64,000 nt of DNA, from positions 88,929 to 152,928 of IMG/VR virus record IMGVR_UViG_3300005663_001084. One strand, 5' to 3'. The position numbers and the translations under genes were made by a program. Shown here piece after piece: positions 9,284 to 19,065 of the stretch (positions are counted from its first letter, which is position 1; the number at the start of each line of letters is the position of its first letter). The notes under the pieces are model-generated. The model did not search any database and was not told where the DNA came from. It worked only from the letters and a program-made list of their open reading frames with translations. Source of the stretch: a virus.

Positions 9284-9454
9284 TGGGTGTCCTGTCCTTC
9301 ACTGTCCATCCGTTCTCGCGGAGGATCTCAAGTAATTGGGTTCGGACTGGGATCTCGGGAAGGCGGGTAGTCTTGGTGGCCTCCTACCACAGAGTCTCAG
9401 CGCCGTGGCCTATCGTGATGGTCAGTTGCAGAATGACTGGGTAGGCCTGGAAAG

Positions 9455-9796
9455 TCACAGCGTGCCGTCCCGAGCTTTCTGCGCCCACTTCAGAGCCTTC
9501 CGGAGCATGTCCTTCTGGTCATTGTCCCAGTGCGCGTAGTCGATCTCTTTGCACAGGGCCTGGATCAGCTTGTCAATCGGCGAGAACTGCTCGTCGTCCA
9601 TGATCAGGGCCACGACCGAGACGCCCAAGGCCTCGGCAATCTTCGACAAGGTGGCGCTGCGGAAACCCTGCTTGCCGTTCTCCAGGCGGGAGATCTGGGC
9701 CTGACTGATGTCCACCTTTCTGGCAAGGTCAGTCGTGGACAGATGTTGTCGCATCCGGAGGCTGGAAACGCGTCTACCGATGACTTCGTTGTTCAT
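9455..9796 (-). CDS. XRE-family helix-turn-helix transcriptional regulator
   Basis: LSTTDLARKVDISQAQISRLENGK is an HTH. Start moved to MNNEVIGRR (TGATG overlap with the upstream ORF). Confidence 0.65.
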   Translation of the reverse strand: MNNEVIGRRVSSLRMRQHLSTTDLARKVDISQAQISRLENGKQGFRSATLSKIAEALGVSVVALIMDDEQFSPIDKLIQALCKEIDYAHWDNDQKDMLRKALKWAQKARDGTL

Positions 9797-10038
9797 CAGA
9801 GATTGATCCCGGCGTGCATCGGCGTGAGATCCACGCCACACCAGGGGCAGAAGTTGAACATGGTGCCCTGATCGCTCGCTTTCTGCTTGTAGTACGGGCC
9901 TCGAAGCTGCTGCTGGCCGGTCTTCACGTCGGTGAGCATGAGCACGGCAAGACCTTTCGTGCGCGGAGTGGCCTCGCCCAGGTTCCGTTCCATTGACGGG
10001 CACCAGCCGCCGCCTTTGGGATCGCACTTGTCTGCCAT
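9796..10038 (-). CDS. small Cys-rich (zinc-ribbon-like) protein
   Basis: CDPKGGGWCPS...FCPWCG. A promoter motif copy and an SD GGAG lie just upstream. Confidence 0.45.
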   Translation of the reverse strand: MADKCDPKGGGWCPSMERNLGEATPRTKGLAVLMLTDVKTGQQQLRGPYYKQKASDQGTMFNFCPWCGVDLTPMHAGINL

Positions 10039-10064
10039 AGGGGGGTCTCCGGAGGTCCCATTAG

Positions 10065-10090
10065 TTATATCGGATTGGGGAGGCTATTCC
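10065..10090 (-). promoter_or_regulatory. conserved promoter-like element
   Basis: TTATATCGGATTGGGGAGGCTATTCC, about 30 nt upstream of the 9796..10038 start. Confidence 0.55.
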
Positions 10091-10216
10091 CCCAAGTAAA
10101 TTCTTGAGAGGGCAGGCAATCGCCCACGGTGATATGTTGGGGGGACCGTGTAGCCAGTGTGAGGGGAGACCGAACTGACGTATACGTTCCCTAACTTCGG
10201 CAGGATGATGGCTATC

Positions 10217-10771
10217 TCATGGCTCCATCTGCACGTTATGGTTGGCCTGAACCTGACGGACCGTGTCGGGTATGCCTGCGTTCAGCACCATGGCGTTGAG
10301 TGGGGTCAGGATCAGGCTGCTGTCGGAGTCCAGCCGGACCTCAAACGTGTCGGGCTTGCCCACGGCCTCGGGGGTCTTGGTGATCCGCCCCGTCGTACGC
10401 TGCGCTGGGTCGTGTACGCGCACGTGTACAGGATCGTCGAAGAAGTACCTGATGCCCTCCGGATTTACGTTACGCAGCCGGAAGTCGTTGATCGTGCGGA
10501 TGCTCTCAGTCCCGTCCTGGAGGAACAGCTTGACACTGCTCGCGCTCGGGACTTCGAGAACAAGGGCGTGGATGAAGCTACGCTGTCCGAGCAGTGGATC
10601 GTTCAAGTGGACGATGACCTGATCGCCCGTGTTGAACGGCGCTATCTGCCAGGGCGGACCCAGGCCGTCGGCAGGCTGTATGATCCGCGTCTCCAGCAGC
10701 GAGCGGATGCGCGGCGCTGGTGCGGAATCAGTAGGGAAGCGTGGGTTGGTCTCGGCCATCAGACGTTCCAC
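10217..10771 (-). CDS. family-3 paralog, probable tail/baseplate-associated protein
   Basis: Shares its overall layout and the C-terminal ...IP..V.QVQ...NV motif with 10759..11289 and 17215..17742. Confidence 0.45.
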   Translation of the reverse strand: MERLMAETNPRFPTDSAPAPRIRSLLETRIIQPADGLGPPWQIAPFNTGDQVIVHLNDPLLGQRSFIHALVLEVPSASSVKLFLQDGTESIRTINDFRLRNVNPEGIRYFFDDPVHVRVHDPAQRTTGRITKTPEAVGKPDTFEVRLDSDSSLILTPLNAMVLNAGIPDTVRQVQANHNVQMEP

Positions 10772-11289
10772 CGGGATTGGACCTGCGGCACTGCGGCCGG
10801 GATACTGTCGAGGATCAGTATATCCTGCGTCGAGAAAGCCTGGGAAGTGCCGCTGTCCAGCAGCACCTGGAAGGTTCCGTCTGCGTTCTCGGCCGTGATC
10901 GTTCCAGGCTCCCGGCCTCCGGCACTGCGCGCATGCGCGGTCACCCGGTCGTCCTTGGCGTACGGGAAGCTGATCGGGCGCAGCTTCGAGTTGCCTGCGC
11001 CGATGGAGATCTCGCTGAGGTCCTGCCGTAGGAGCCTGACGTACTGAAAGTTCCCCTCCTTGAACACGCCAAGCACCAGGGCGTAGATCGACCCGTTGCG
11101 GATCGGGTCGATGTTATGCGTTGCCTGTCGAGGCGGCACGTCGAACGGAGGACTCGGGTAGAGGATTACCTGCTGCCCCGAGAACGGTTTGACCAGTCCC
11201 TGGTGACTGCCTGGGAATGGCACGAACAGGTGCTGGCTGGCTCTCTGGCCAGGACGAAAGCTCGCCGTGAATCGCGGTGTGTCGGCCAT
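10759..11289 (-). CDS. family-3 paralog, probable tail/baseplate-associated protein
   Basis: C-terminal SIPAAVPQVQSRWNV; sits next to the tail fiber genes. Confidence 0.45.
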   Translation of the reverse strand: MADTPRFTASFRPGQRASQHLFVPFPGSHQGLVKPFSGQQVILYPSPPFDVPPRQATHNIDPIRNGSIYALVLGVFKEGNFQYVRLLRQDLSEISIGAGNSKLRPISFPYAKDDRVTAHARSAGGREPGTITAENADGTFQVLLDSGTSQAFSTQDILILDSIPAAVPQVQSRWNV

Positions 11290-11301
11290 CGCAGCACGTT
11301 C

Positions 11302-11736
11302 TTACTTGAGAGCTAAAAACTGGGCAACGGTCAAGGCTCCAATGTCCAGGGATGTAGCGGAAGAGGAGGCAGCGGTAACAACCTGGGTAAACGCCGTCGG
11401 CTCTATCGCGCTGATGGGAGCCCCCACGTCATCTACTGCTACCAAGTTGCCTCCGGATACGAGGCACTGAATGAACGTAGGCCCACCGCGTGCCGCGAAG
11501 GCGAGTTTTGCGTTCAGTAGGGTAGCCGTGATACCGACAGCGATACTCCCACCCAACGATTCTTTACCCGCTGACCTGATCAGGCGGTCATACTGCATCC
11601 CGTTGTGGGGATCGTCCTCGATATTTGTCAGTGTATCGTGTAAGTCTTGGACAGAGATCTCTACGAGTGGGACGGGTACTGTAATGATCCGGGGAGACAG
11701 GGTGAAATCGACTGTGATTCCGTTGACCTGGGCCAC
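11302..11736 (-). CDS. hypothetical structural protein
   Basis: 144 aa, beta-rich composition, inside the tail module. Confidence 0.4.
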   Translation of the reverse strand: MAQVNGITVDFTLSPRIITVPVPLVEISVQDLHDTLTNIEDDPHNGMQYDRLIRSAGKESLGGSIAVGITATLLNAKLAFAARGGPTFIQCLVSGGNLVAVDDVGAPISAIEPTAFTQVVTAASSSATSLDIGALTVAQFLALK

Positions 11737-11739
11737 GTT

Positions 11740-11973
11740 CTACTCCCCCGCGCGCTCACTGCGGAGAGTGTTCAACACCTTCTCCATGGCGCGCGCTTTC
11801 TTTCTTTCCGTCTGGGCGCTTTCTTCCAAGACACTCGCGTTCTTGTAGTGCTGGACGATCTGCTTTTCCAGCGCTTCGAGTGAGTATTCCGGTTCCATGC
11901 GGGACTTTTTGGTTTCTGTCACCTCGAACCTGATCCCCATCCCTGGCTCCCGTCTTCCCCTTCTCCTCATCAA
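11740..11973 (-). CDS. small hypothetical protein (start uncertain)
   Basis: 77 aa ORF coupled to the tail fiber gene. Confidence 0.3.
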   Translation of the reverse strand: MMRRRGRREPGMGIRFEVTETKKSRMEPEYSLEALEKQIVQHYKNASVLEESAQTERKKARAMEKVLNTLRSERAGE

Positions 11974-14477
11974 CTTGCGATGTTGTCATCCACTCGGATG
12001 GCTGTGATGGTCAGATCGGAGTTGGTAAGCTGTCGGCCAAGAAGCTCGAACGGCTGGATGCGCTGGCCTCCGACATCCGGATCGGAGAAGCGTGCCCGGG
12101 CAACGATCTCCGTTGTCGTGTCGAACTTGATCGACTTGGTAAGAGAGGTTCCCGTCTCCACCGTATCATCGATGAAGGGGAAGTACGCGGTGTCGGCCGC
12201 GTCGATGAGGAACTGGACCGTGTTGATCTCATAGGCGTCGGAAGTCGCCCAATCGTTCGACGTTCCACCTGTAAGCGGAGTGGTCTCAATGTTGTCGTCG
12301 TCAATACGCCTCAGGATGATTGCTTCTGAACTGTCTGTTACGTTGCGGACCGTATGACCAACTTTGGCCTGCCCATCTTGACCAAAGTTCAAGCCCACGT
12401 TTATGTCGCTGAGGATCGTCGCCGAACCGCCAGCATCGCAAACGTCGTCGCCGGGCGATACAACGCGCAGGTTGACATTGACGCCCGCACCTGAGATGGA
12501 AGAGTACTCATACCGCTCCTCCTTACCCGGCGTACCTGTGTCGACCGCACGAATCCAGCCAGTCGCCGGAACGTCCTGAGCCGCTGCGGCGTCAAGCACG
12601 ATCAGCGAGGACCCCACTGCCCCAGAGGCCAACCCAACGACCCCCTTCACGACATCCGTATCACCTGCCGTAGCAACCTCAAAGATGGTTGCGCGGTCGT
12701 TCACCACCAAGCCGTCGAACGTAACTGTGATGGTTGTCGGCGGCTGCTTGGCCGTGCCTGTGACGTCGATAGTCTGCCAGTTGTTGTTGTCCGCTGCCGG
12801 GACGTTGTCAAGAACGACGCCGCGAGCCACGAAGAAACGGCCACCGGCAAAGGTCCCGAACGAAGCAGCGTTCACATCGACCAGGGATTCCTGAGCGGCA
12901 GACGCCGTGACTGATCCGGCACCCTCGTCCGTAATGACGTCGTTGTTGACGAACGAACCCTTGACGTTGGTGACGATCACGTAACCCGTGCCACTGAAGA
13001 AGTAAGCAACCAACTCACCCGTCGCTCCGGATATCGATCCGGTAACGGTTTCTCCTTCTGTGAGGGCCGTCCCCTCCGCGTCGAGCGGGATGTAAGCATC
13101 GCCTACGCCTCGATAGAACTCACCATCCTCGAATCCTGCGCCGGGCTCCGGAAGGATACTCGTTGCCGAACCTCGACGTGCCAAGAACATTAGATGCTCA
13201 TACACAACTGAGAGAGCAAGGCTGTTGCAGTCGACCACGACAGCGTAGTTCTCGGGATTTCCGTCCTCGTCGATATCGAACGTGTTGTCGTCCCCTACGG
13301 TTACTGTGATACCTCCAGCAACCGCACCATTGATCGCAGTCGGTGGATTTCCATCCTTGGTCGCCGTCTGCCCGGAGGACTCGCCCGTGATAAGCTCAGC
13401 CGAACTAGCGAACTCGGTCAGGTTCTTACCGACCAGGATGTAATTGAGCGAGGTGTCGGTCACAAAGGCAGTCAGGATTGCCTTCGCACCACTCGGTGCC
13501 GTCAGGACTTCGCCAATCGTGAACGCACCTGAGAAGGAACCCGGGATCAGGACCTGACCGAAGCCATTCTGGTTGAGGTCGAAGCCCGTTGACGCGAACG
13601 GCACAACGAAGTTTCCGACAGCGCCGTTCGTCTCGAAGTGGGTGTAAATCGTACGGCCCTGACGAGCGAAGATCGCCAGCCTGCCCTGACTGGTCAGGTT
13701 CAGGTCATCGATCCACACCCCTGCGTCCCGCGTCTTGACCAGGATGTCGAAGTGTCCGGCAGAGACACCGTTGGGCGAGGCCGTGAAGTCGGAGTCACTG
13801 TCCCACCAGCTTGCCAACTTGGTAAGTATCGGGGTGGTGCCGCCACCTTGCCACTCGTTCTCCTGCCCGACGTAGATTTCGGTATCGTCCTGGATCGTGC
13901 CAACGGAGAACAAGTTGGGCCAGACACTGTCGCCAGACCGGACGCCCTGCTGCGCGCCAGAGTCAGCTTCGATGACGAAGTCTACAGTAGCACCGCCGTC
14001 TTCGACGACATTGTCACCGGCCACGAATTGGGTGGCATCGGTATTCCGCACCCACACAACCCGGCGCACAGTGTCCACAGCCAGGATTGTGCCCTTCTTC
14101 GTGGTTGCGCCAACGATGAGGTCCTTACCAATGTCGCCTGCGACCGGGGGATCAGCAGATCCGCTGGTCCACCAAAGCTGCGTGATGCCCTCAGACGCAG
14201 CGAAGGCCCAGGCTGACGTCTGAAGGGACCCACCGTAGAGGGCCTTCATCGTCTCGTCATCCATGAACCACTTGTTGATAATGGTGTACTGGGTTGGCGT
14301 CTGGGCGGACATCGGGACCGGGTCATCCATCTGGCCCGGCTCGTCGAAGGTGTCCTGGAGGAATGAGTACAGGGCGTTGACCGTGTAGATCGAATCAGCG
14401 ATACCGTCGGTGAATCCTCCCGTGTACGTGATCTTGCGATCCACGTAGTCGATGGTGACGTCGTCAGCAATTGCCAT
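11970..14477 (-). CDS. tail fiber / receptor-binding protein
   Basis: 835 aa, Gly/Thr/Ser/Asp-rich beta protein of tail-fiber character, followed by the tailspike. Confidence 0.55.
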   Translation of the reverse strand: MAIADDVTIDYVDRKITYTGGFTDGIADSIYTVNALYSFLQDTFDEPGQMDDPVPMSAQTPTQYTIINKWFMDDETMKALYGGSLQTSAWAFAASEGITQLWWTSGSADPPVAGDIGKDLIVGATTKKGTILAVDTVRRVVWVRNTDATQFVAGDNVVEDGGATVDFVIEADSGAQQGVRSGDSVWPNLFSVGTIQDDTEIYVGQENEWQGGGTTPILTKLASWWDSDSDFTASPNGVSAGHFDILVKTRDAGVWIDDLNLTSQGRLAIFARQGRTIYTHFETNGAVGNFVVPFASTGFDLNQNGFGQVLIPGSFSGAFTIGEVLTAPSGAKAILTAFVTDTSLNYILVGKNLTEFASSAELITGESSGQTATKDGNPPTAINGAVAGGITVTVGDDNTFDIDEDGNPENYAVVVDCNSLALSVVYEHLMFLARRGSATSILPEPGAGFEDGEFYRGVGDAYIPLDAEGTALTEGETVTGSISGATGELVAYFFSGTGYVIVTNVKGSFVNNDVITDEGAGSVTASAAQESLVDVNAASFGTFAGGRFFVARGVVLDNVPAADNNNWQTIDVTGTAKQPPTTITVTFDGLVVNDRATIFEVATAGDTDVVKGVVGLASGAVGSSLIVLDAAAAQDVPATGWIRAVDTGTPGKEERYEYSSISGAGVNVNLRVVSPGDDVCDAGGSATILSDINVGLNFGQDGQAKVGHTVRNVTDSSEAIILRRIDDDNIETTPLTGGTSNDWATSDAYEINTVQFLIDAADTAYFPFIDDTVETGTSLTKSIKFDTTTEIVARARFSDPDVGGQRIQPFELLGRQLTNSDLTITAIRVDDNIAS

Positions 14478-14489
14478 GGGTCCGGCTCC

Positions 14490-16229
14490 CTACGAGGCGT
14501 TTTCAGTATCTTCGGTCATCGTGACCACAATGTCCAATCCGGTGTCCTGGATTAGCTGGGGAGTATTAACCGGCTCATACTTGGTAGACCCTGTGCTCCC
14601 CTTCCTGACTCGTACAGACACATTCACGTCCGATCCAGGGTACTCGAAGGCCTGCTCGGCGACTCCCCCAGCGATAGTGTCCTCGTTCATCAGTTCGACG
14701 TCGGAGTCGTCGTAGATTGCAGTCTGAGCGCCCACAATGCCAACTCCAGCCACATCCTTGACAGTAACCTTCAGTGTCACTGTGTTTACGACTGTGACTG
14801 TGCCACTAGCCGTGTTGTTGAACTCAGCTTGTACAGGATTTGACCCCGAACCAGCAACTGAGTTGATTGTGACATCTGCGTTGGTTCCGGTGTTTTCCCC
14901 GTGGCGTATAGTACTGGATGCGTAACTACCAAAAAAGATGATACCGTCAAAGGATGTCGAGTAGTCCGCCGACTGCGTGAGATGGATCATATTCTGCGTG
15001 GTTGGCGTCCCTGACGTGATAAAGCTGAGGTTCTTCAGATTGTGCGTCGTGTTCGGCCATTGAAGTGCGTAGTTGCTCCCCGTACTGGATGGGTCGATGA
15101 ACGCGCAGTTCAGAATCTCCGCCCCGCTGTTCGTGCTTCCCGGCGTAACCTCGCCACAGTTGATGAAAGTGCAGGAGATCACTGACGTCTTATTGCCGTC
15201 GTCGAGGGATATACCTCCGGCCGCACCAACAATCGCCAAGCCGTATAAGTCTACCGAGGACAGGTCAGCGATATCGGTAGCGAGGTCTAAGTCCCATGTC
15301 GGTCCCGCTGTCTGAATCGTTCCGCCCTGAACGCCCTGCCGATCATCTCCAGTACCGACCACGTTCCCGAAGGTGACCGAGGTATTCTGGGTCGCCGCTC
15401 CTTCTGCCGAGATAGCATAAAGAGTCGCCGCGTCGATCCGGGAAACATTACCTGACCCAGCATCGTATGTCGGGTCCTCAAACTCGACGACAGCGCCCGT
15501 GTCGTCGTCGAACGTCACGGTCCCTGATTGCGCTGCGTCACCAATCGTAATGCCTCCGCGCAGGTAGAAGATCGAACCCCGCTTATCGATGATCCCGTAC
15601 TTGTTCGCCAAAAGGTCATCTTCGTCGAAGTAGTCCTGCCAACCTATGTTGACGTCGCCAACTGCGTCATTACTGGCTTGCAGTGCAGCCTGTCCATAGT
15701 CACACCGGTCCACGAACAAGTTATCCAATCGGGCCGTGCCATTCGATTTGATCCCAAACCCAATCCACCGGACAGAAGTCATCGTAGCTGCGGTCGCTGC
15801 GTCCTCGGAACTCGCCTTGGACATGTCCTGAACGATACGTTCCCACTTGCCCTGCAACGTATCGCTTCCCTCCACATACCATTTGGACCAGTCATCTCCC
15901 GCAGCGTCTGAGGCAGCGATTACGTAGAGACCCCCATTGGCCTTTGTGCTCAGGAGCGCAATGACTGTCGCATTCACCCAGCCCCAGAAGTGTTTGTTTG
16001 CAGTGGTTGTGAAGTCGACTTCACTCCCTGACCCGAAGTCAAACCACATTCCTTCATCGCGGTTGGCACCTGATACCTTGATCGCCAGACAACCTGTGTT
16101 TTGGATCTTAATGTCAGTATCTACGGCAGGAGATGGATTACCACCACCGTTGTGTCGGAAGCCAGACCATCCCGTTGTTGCATCGGCAGCAGAGATGAGC
16201 GTTAAGCCCGTGGTAAATGCAAGTGCCAT
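14490..16229 (-). CDS. tailspike with right-handed beta-helix (pectate-lyase-like) domain, possible depolymerase
   Basis: 579 aa with repeated NxxG..ISC/NCAF-type coils (SCTFINCG, ILNCAFID) and T/S/G/N richness. Confidence 0.5.
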   Translation of the reverse strand: MALAFTTGLTLISAADATTGWSGFRHNGGGNPSPAVDTDIKIQNTGCLAIKVSGANRDEGMWFDFGSGSEVDFTTTANKHFWGWVNATVIALLSTKANGGLYVIAASDAAGDDWSKWYVEGSDTLQGKWERIVQDMSKASSEDAATAATMTSVRWIGFGIKSNGTARLDNLFVDRCDYGQAALQASNDAVGDVNIGWQDYFDEDDLLANKYGIIDKRGSIFYLRGGITIGDAAQSGTVTFDDDTGAVVEFEDPTYDAGSGNVSRIDAATLYAISAEGAATQNTSVTFGNVVGTGDDRQGVQGGTIQTAGPTWDLDLATDIADLSSVDLYGLAIVGAAGGISLDDGNKTSVISCTFINCGEVTPGSTNSGAEILNCAFIDPSSTGSNYALQWPNTTHNLKNLSFITSGTPTTQNMIHLTQSADYSTSFDGIIFFGSYASSTIRHGENTGTNADVTINSVAGSGSNPVQAEFNNTASGTVTVVNTVTLKVTVKDVAGVGIVGAQTAIYDDSDVELMNEDTIAGGVAEQAFEYPGSDVNVSVRVRKGSTGSTKYEPVNTPQLIQDTGLDIVVTMTEDTENAS

Positions 16230-16242
16230 AGTCTACCCCAAC

Positions 16243-16476
16243 CTACGAGTAGGTCAGCCCCACTCGGTCATCCCAGACTTTGTCAAACTCATCGGTCCCA
16301 CCGGCCCACTCTATAGAGGTTATAGTTCCAGAGACAGTAATGCGTTGGATTTGCCACACACCTGCCGCTTCACCAGACCCCGGTTCAGCTTTACCGATGT
16401 ACGACGTATTGGAATCAACTTGGTCAATGCGAACGGCATACGGCGTACTGGATAGGTCAAGAGGAAAAACTGGCAT
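16243..16476 (-). CDS. hypothetical small structural protein
   Basis: 77 aa ORF in the tail module. Confidence 0.35.
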   Translation of the reverse strand: MPVFPLDLSSTPYAVRIDQVDSNTSYIGKAEPGSGEAAGVWQIQRITVSGTITSIEWAGGTDEFDKVWDDRVGLTYS

Positions 16477-16814
16477 TATGGAGTAACCTCCGCGCCATGA
16501 AATGTGAAACTGGCCCCCTGTGCCGTATCAACCTGGACTCCAAGGTTCCCACTAAGATTGTTCATCGGCCACCAGACTTCACGTTCAAACGTCTGGCCCT
16601 TGCTAAGCTCTGCCTCGAAGTACAACGCTGTATTCTCATCGAATACGGCCCCATCGTCATCCAAAAAGATGCTAAAAGCTATCTTAGCCCCGTTGACATT
16701 GCAGACACTAACTGACTTGATGATGCCAGTCACACCGGCTGCCGGACTATAGGCAGACACAGCCGTGATTCCTGCTGGCCGAACTTGGGCTATCTGTTTC
16801 TCTTGGAACGTCAT
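16476..16814 (-). CDS. hypothetical structural protein
   Basis: 112 aa ORF, stop-start overlap. Confidence 0.4.
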   Translation of the reverse strand: MTFQEKQIAQVRPAGITAVSAYSPAAGVTGIIKSVSVCNVNGAKIAFSIFLDDDGAVFDENTALYFEAELSKGQTFEREVWWPMNNLSGNLGVQVDTAQGASFTFHGAEVTP

Positions 16815-17215
16815 TACTTCCCACTCAACATAAAGGCGTATCGACGTTCTTCTTCGAGCCGAACGTCGATCTCAGCCGCTGTCAGTAGTTCGGCCGTCGT
16901 TGTTCCCGTGTCGTCTACTCTAACTCCGGCCCCCGCGAGTTCTCCAGACGCTGTTTGTGTGACGAGATCCCCGACCACGACCGCCGAAAGGCGCTGGACG
17001 ACGTCGAGGTTTGCCCTGGACGTCGGAACATCAGCTACGTCTGACAGGTTATTAGCAATAATTAGGGCACCGAGAGCGCCAGCGATGGCGTCCAGGAGGT
17101 CCTGATTCTGAGATGCGAACCCGTCACGGATAGCCTGCGCCCGGACGCCGTTCTTGACTCCGACCGGAATGCCGTTCAAGATGTCGTTGATCGTGAGGTC
17201 GTCGCGGTCAGCCAT
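16814..17215 (-). CDS. hypothetical structural protein
   Basis: 133 aa ORF, stop-start overlap. Confidence 0.4.
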   Translation of the reverse strand: MADRDDLTINDILNGIPVGVKNGVRAQAIRDGFASQNQDLLDAIAGALGALIIANNLSDVADVPTSRANLDVVQRLSAVVVGDLVTQTASGELAGAGVRVDDTGTTTAELLTAAEIDVRLEEERRYAFMLSGK

Positions 17216-17742
17216 CAGTTGAAGTCCTCGTCAAACTCAAAGGAAAACTCAGAGAATGTCGGGTCAGGAACAATGTCCTTGACATTCCAGTTAGAGTCTA
17301 CCTGCGGGATGATCGGAGGCTCTCCCGCAAAGAAGACCAAGTTGTTCAACGGTACCTCGCGCGTGCTCCCGTCAGCATCCAAAGTTACCACAAAGCGGTC
17401 GGGTACACCAAGACTGGCCACGATGATGCCACTCTGCCGGGCTGCCCGTACGTGGACGTCAACGAGAACCGGGACGCCGGGCTGGTAAAGGACACCATTG
17501 TTACCGGCCTCCTGGAAATGCAGGTCGTCGGCCTCAACGATCTCCTCCCCGCCATCCTGGCGCAGGACGCGAACCGTGTTGATCCCTTTACTCAGTACGA
17601 CGGCCTGGGTGAAGTCGCGCAGATCCGGGAAGAGCGTGAGAACCTGATCGCCGATGATGTACTCCGGCGTACCCACAGACTGAGGCCTGCGAGCCAACGG
17701 ACCAGACCGAAAGGTGAACTTGCGTTCCCTACGATCCGCCAT
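17215..17742 (-). CDS. family-3 paralog, probable tail/baseplate-associated protein
   Basis: C-terminal PIIPQVDSNWNV is shared with the 10217 and 10759 genes. Confidence 0.45.
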   Translation of the reverse strand: MADRRERKFTFRSGPLARRPQSVGTPEYIIGDQVLTLFPDLRDFTQAVVLSKGINTVRVLRQDGGEEIVEADDLHFQEAGNNGVLYQPGVPVLVDVHVRAARQSGIIVASLGVPDRFVVTLDADGSTREVPLNNLVFFAGEPPIIPQVDSNWNVKDIVPDPTFSEFSFEFDEDFN

Positions 17743-17745
17743 GGC

Positions 17746-18327
17746 TTACTCCATCAGCGATTCGAGGACGGTCTCGCTTACGGTGGGCTCTTGCTGTGCG
17801 GGGCGGATGGCGAAGGTGATGTGGAAGTCCTGCGCCTTGCCTTCCTCGGACTGAGGCAGCTTCTTGAGGCCGAGGCTGCGGCGAAGCTGTTCAAGCTGTG
17901 GGCTGTCAACCTGGACGAACCAGACGCGGCTCATCTCGTCCCAGCCTGCCGGATCGAGATCGATCACGTCGCCCAGGGTGTACTCGTAGAAGCCCGCACC
18001 GACCTTGTCCTTCCACTCATCGCCGTGCTTGTCGCGAAGCTGCTTGGCCTCGTCGTTCTTCACGACGGTGATATGCGGATTGTCGAAGCTGGGGATGACA
18101 TCGTCGACCAGTTTGCCCTGCGCCTTCAAGGTGGCGAAGACCATGGCCGGGATCACGTCGTCGACTTCGAGGCAAACCCAGGGCTTGTCCGGATCAGTGT
18201 CTTCCGGCTTGAGCTTGCCCATGAAGGTGAGGGGGCGGCGGTTGTGCGCGCCGTCGATCTCGTCCAGGAACTGGAGGTCGAGCCAGTCAGCCTGCATACA
18301 GGTCGCCGTAGCCTCGAAGAGCCCCAC
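17746..18327 (-). CDS. hypothetical protein
   Basis: 193 aa ORF. Confidence 0.4.
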   Translation of the reverse strand: MGLFEATATCMQADWLDLQFLDEIDGAHNRRPLTFMGKLKPEDTDPDKPWVCLEVDDVIPAMVFATLKAQGKLVDDVIPSFDNPHITVVKNDEAKQLRDKHGDEWKDKVGAGFYEYTLGDVIDLDPAGWDEMSRVWFVQVDSPQLEQLRRSLGLKKLPQSEEGKAQDFHITFAIRPAQQEPTVSETVLESLME

Positions 18328-18685
18328 CTATACGTTCTCGCGCATCCCGCTCAGACGAGGCCTCGATAAATACATCGATCCAGAAGTCCCCGTGGCCGAG
18401 TCCGCCTCCTGACGCGGTGCCAGGGTGGGGACCATCGACCTCGAACTCGCGGCCCGTGCCTGAGTACCGTGGCCTGCCCAAGCGCTCCAAGTGCTGAGCA
18501 ACGTCCTTGGCCAGTTCCTCCGGAGTCTCCCAGTCGCCCTCCAACTCTCCCGCGTAGCCAGCGCTGATGACGACGCGAAGCGCCCACGTGGTCGGCCCCA
18601 CGTCGCGGATGTAAATGTCGCCTGGAGGCGCTTCCACCCTGGCCTCAGAAAGCACTGTCCGGATGGCTTGGCGTGCGGTGTCCAT
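18287..18685 (-). CDS. hypothetical protein
   Basis: Start set at MDTARQ; a degenerate promoter copy (CCCCATCCGCTATAC) lies 8 nt upstream. Confidence 0.4.
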   Translation of the reverse strand: MDTARQAIRTVLSEARVEAPPGDIYIRDVGPTTWALRVVISAGYAGELEGDWETPEELAKDVAQHLERLGRPRYSGTGREFEVDGPHPGTASGGGLGHGDFWIDVFIEASSERDARERIGGALRGYGDLYAG

Positions 18686-18712
18686 GTCCAAAAGTATAGC
18701 GGATGGGGCAAG
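18686..18712 (-). promoter_or_regulatory. degenerate promoter-like element
   Basis: Minus-strand CCCCATCCGCTATAC, 8 nt before the ATG. Confidence 0.3.
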
Positions 18713-18738
18713 GCAACGCAACTATCTAGTAAGATAGT

Positions 18739-19032
18739 CTAGTACTTGGACTTAACAGGCTGAGCGTCTGCCTCAGCCACCTCGGCCTTATGTGCATTCC
18801 AGCCCAGGCGGAACGCCTTGACCGCCGCCCGGATCTCGTCACTCGGCTTCTTTTCGGCGTGGACCGAAAGCTCGAAGCGTCCGAAGCGGGCTGCGGGCTT
18901 GTCCAAGTGGGCGACGCCCATCCGGTTGTAGTACTCGGGGAACTGCCTGCTCAGCGTTTCGAGAAGGTTGATGAGCATCCGCTCGTCGCGAAGCGAAGCG
19001 CTCAACACGTAGATCTTCGTTTTCCTGGCCAT
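18739..19032 (-). CDS. hypothetical protein
   Basis: 97 aa; SD GGACAGGAGAAACACC then ATG. Confidence 0.45.
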   Translation of the reverse strand: MARKTKIYVLSASLRDERMLINLLETLSRQFPEYYNRMGVAHLDKPAARFGRFELSVHAEKKPSDEIRAAVKAFRLGWNAHKAEVAEADAQPVKSKY

Positions 19033-19065
19033 GGTGTTTCTCCTGTCCAGTGGAGGCCTGTCCGG

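Noticed and set aside
9284-9454. Possible small ORF or sRNA in the 170-nt gap after the XRE gene
   Set aside because: Only 13-aa ORFs are present. An imperfect hairpin (GGCCTATC...GGTAGGCC) is present but has no T-run or conservation evidence, so it is not called.
9796-10027. Long N-terminal extensions in track ORFs (for example the 190-aa version of the XRE gene, 278-aa version of the secreted protein, 435-aa version of the CgeB-like GT, 304-aa version of the sulfotransferase)
   Set aside because: The extensions are Arg/Ser/Gly-rich wrong-frame-like sequence overlapping upstream genes. Internal ATG or GTG codons with good SD and TGATG/ATGA coupling give sensible proteins.
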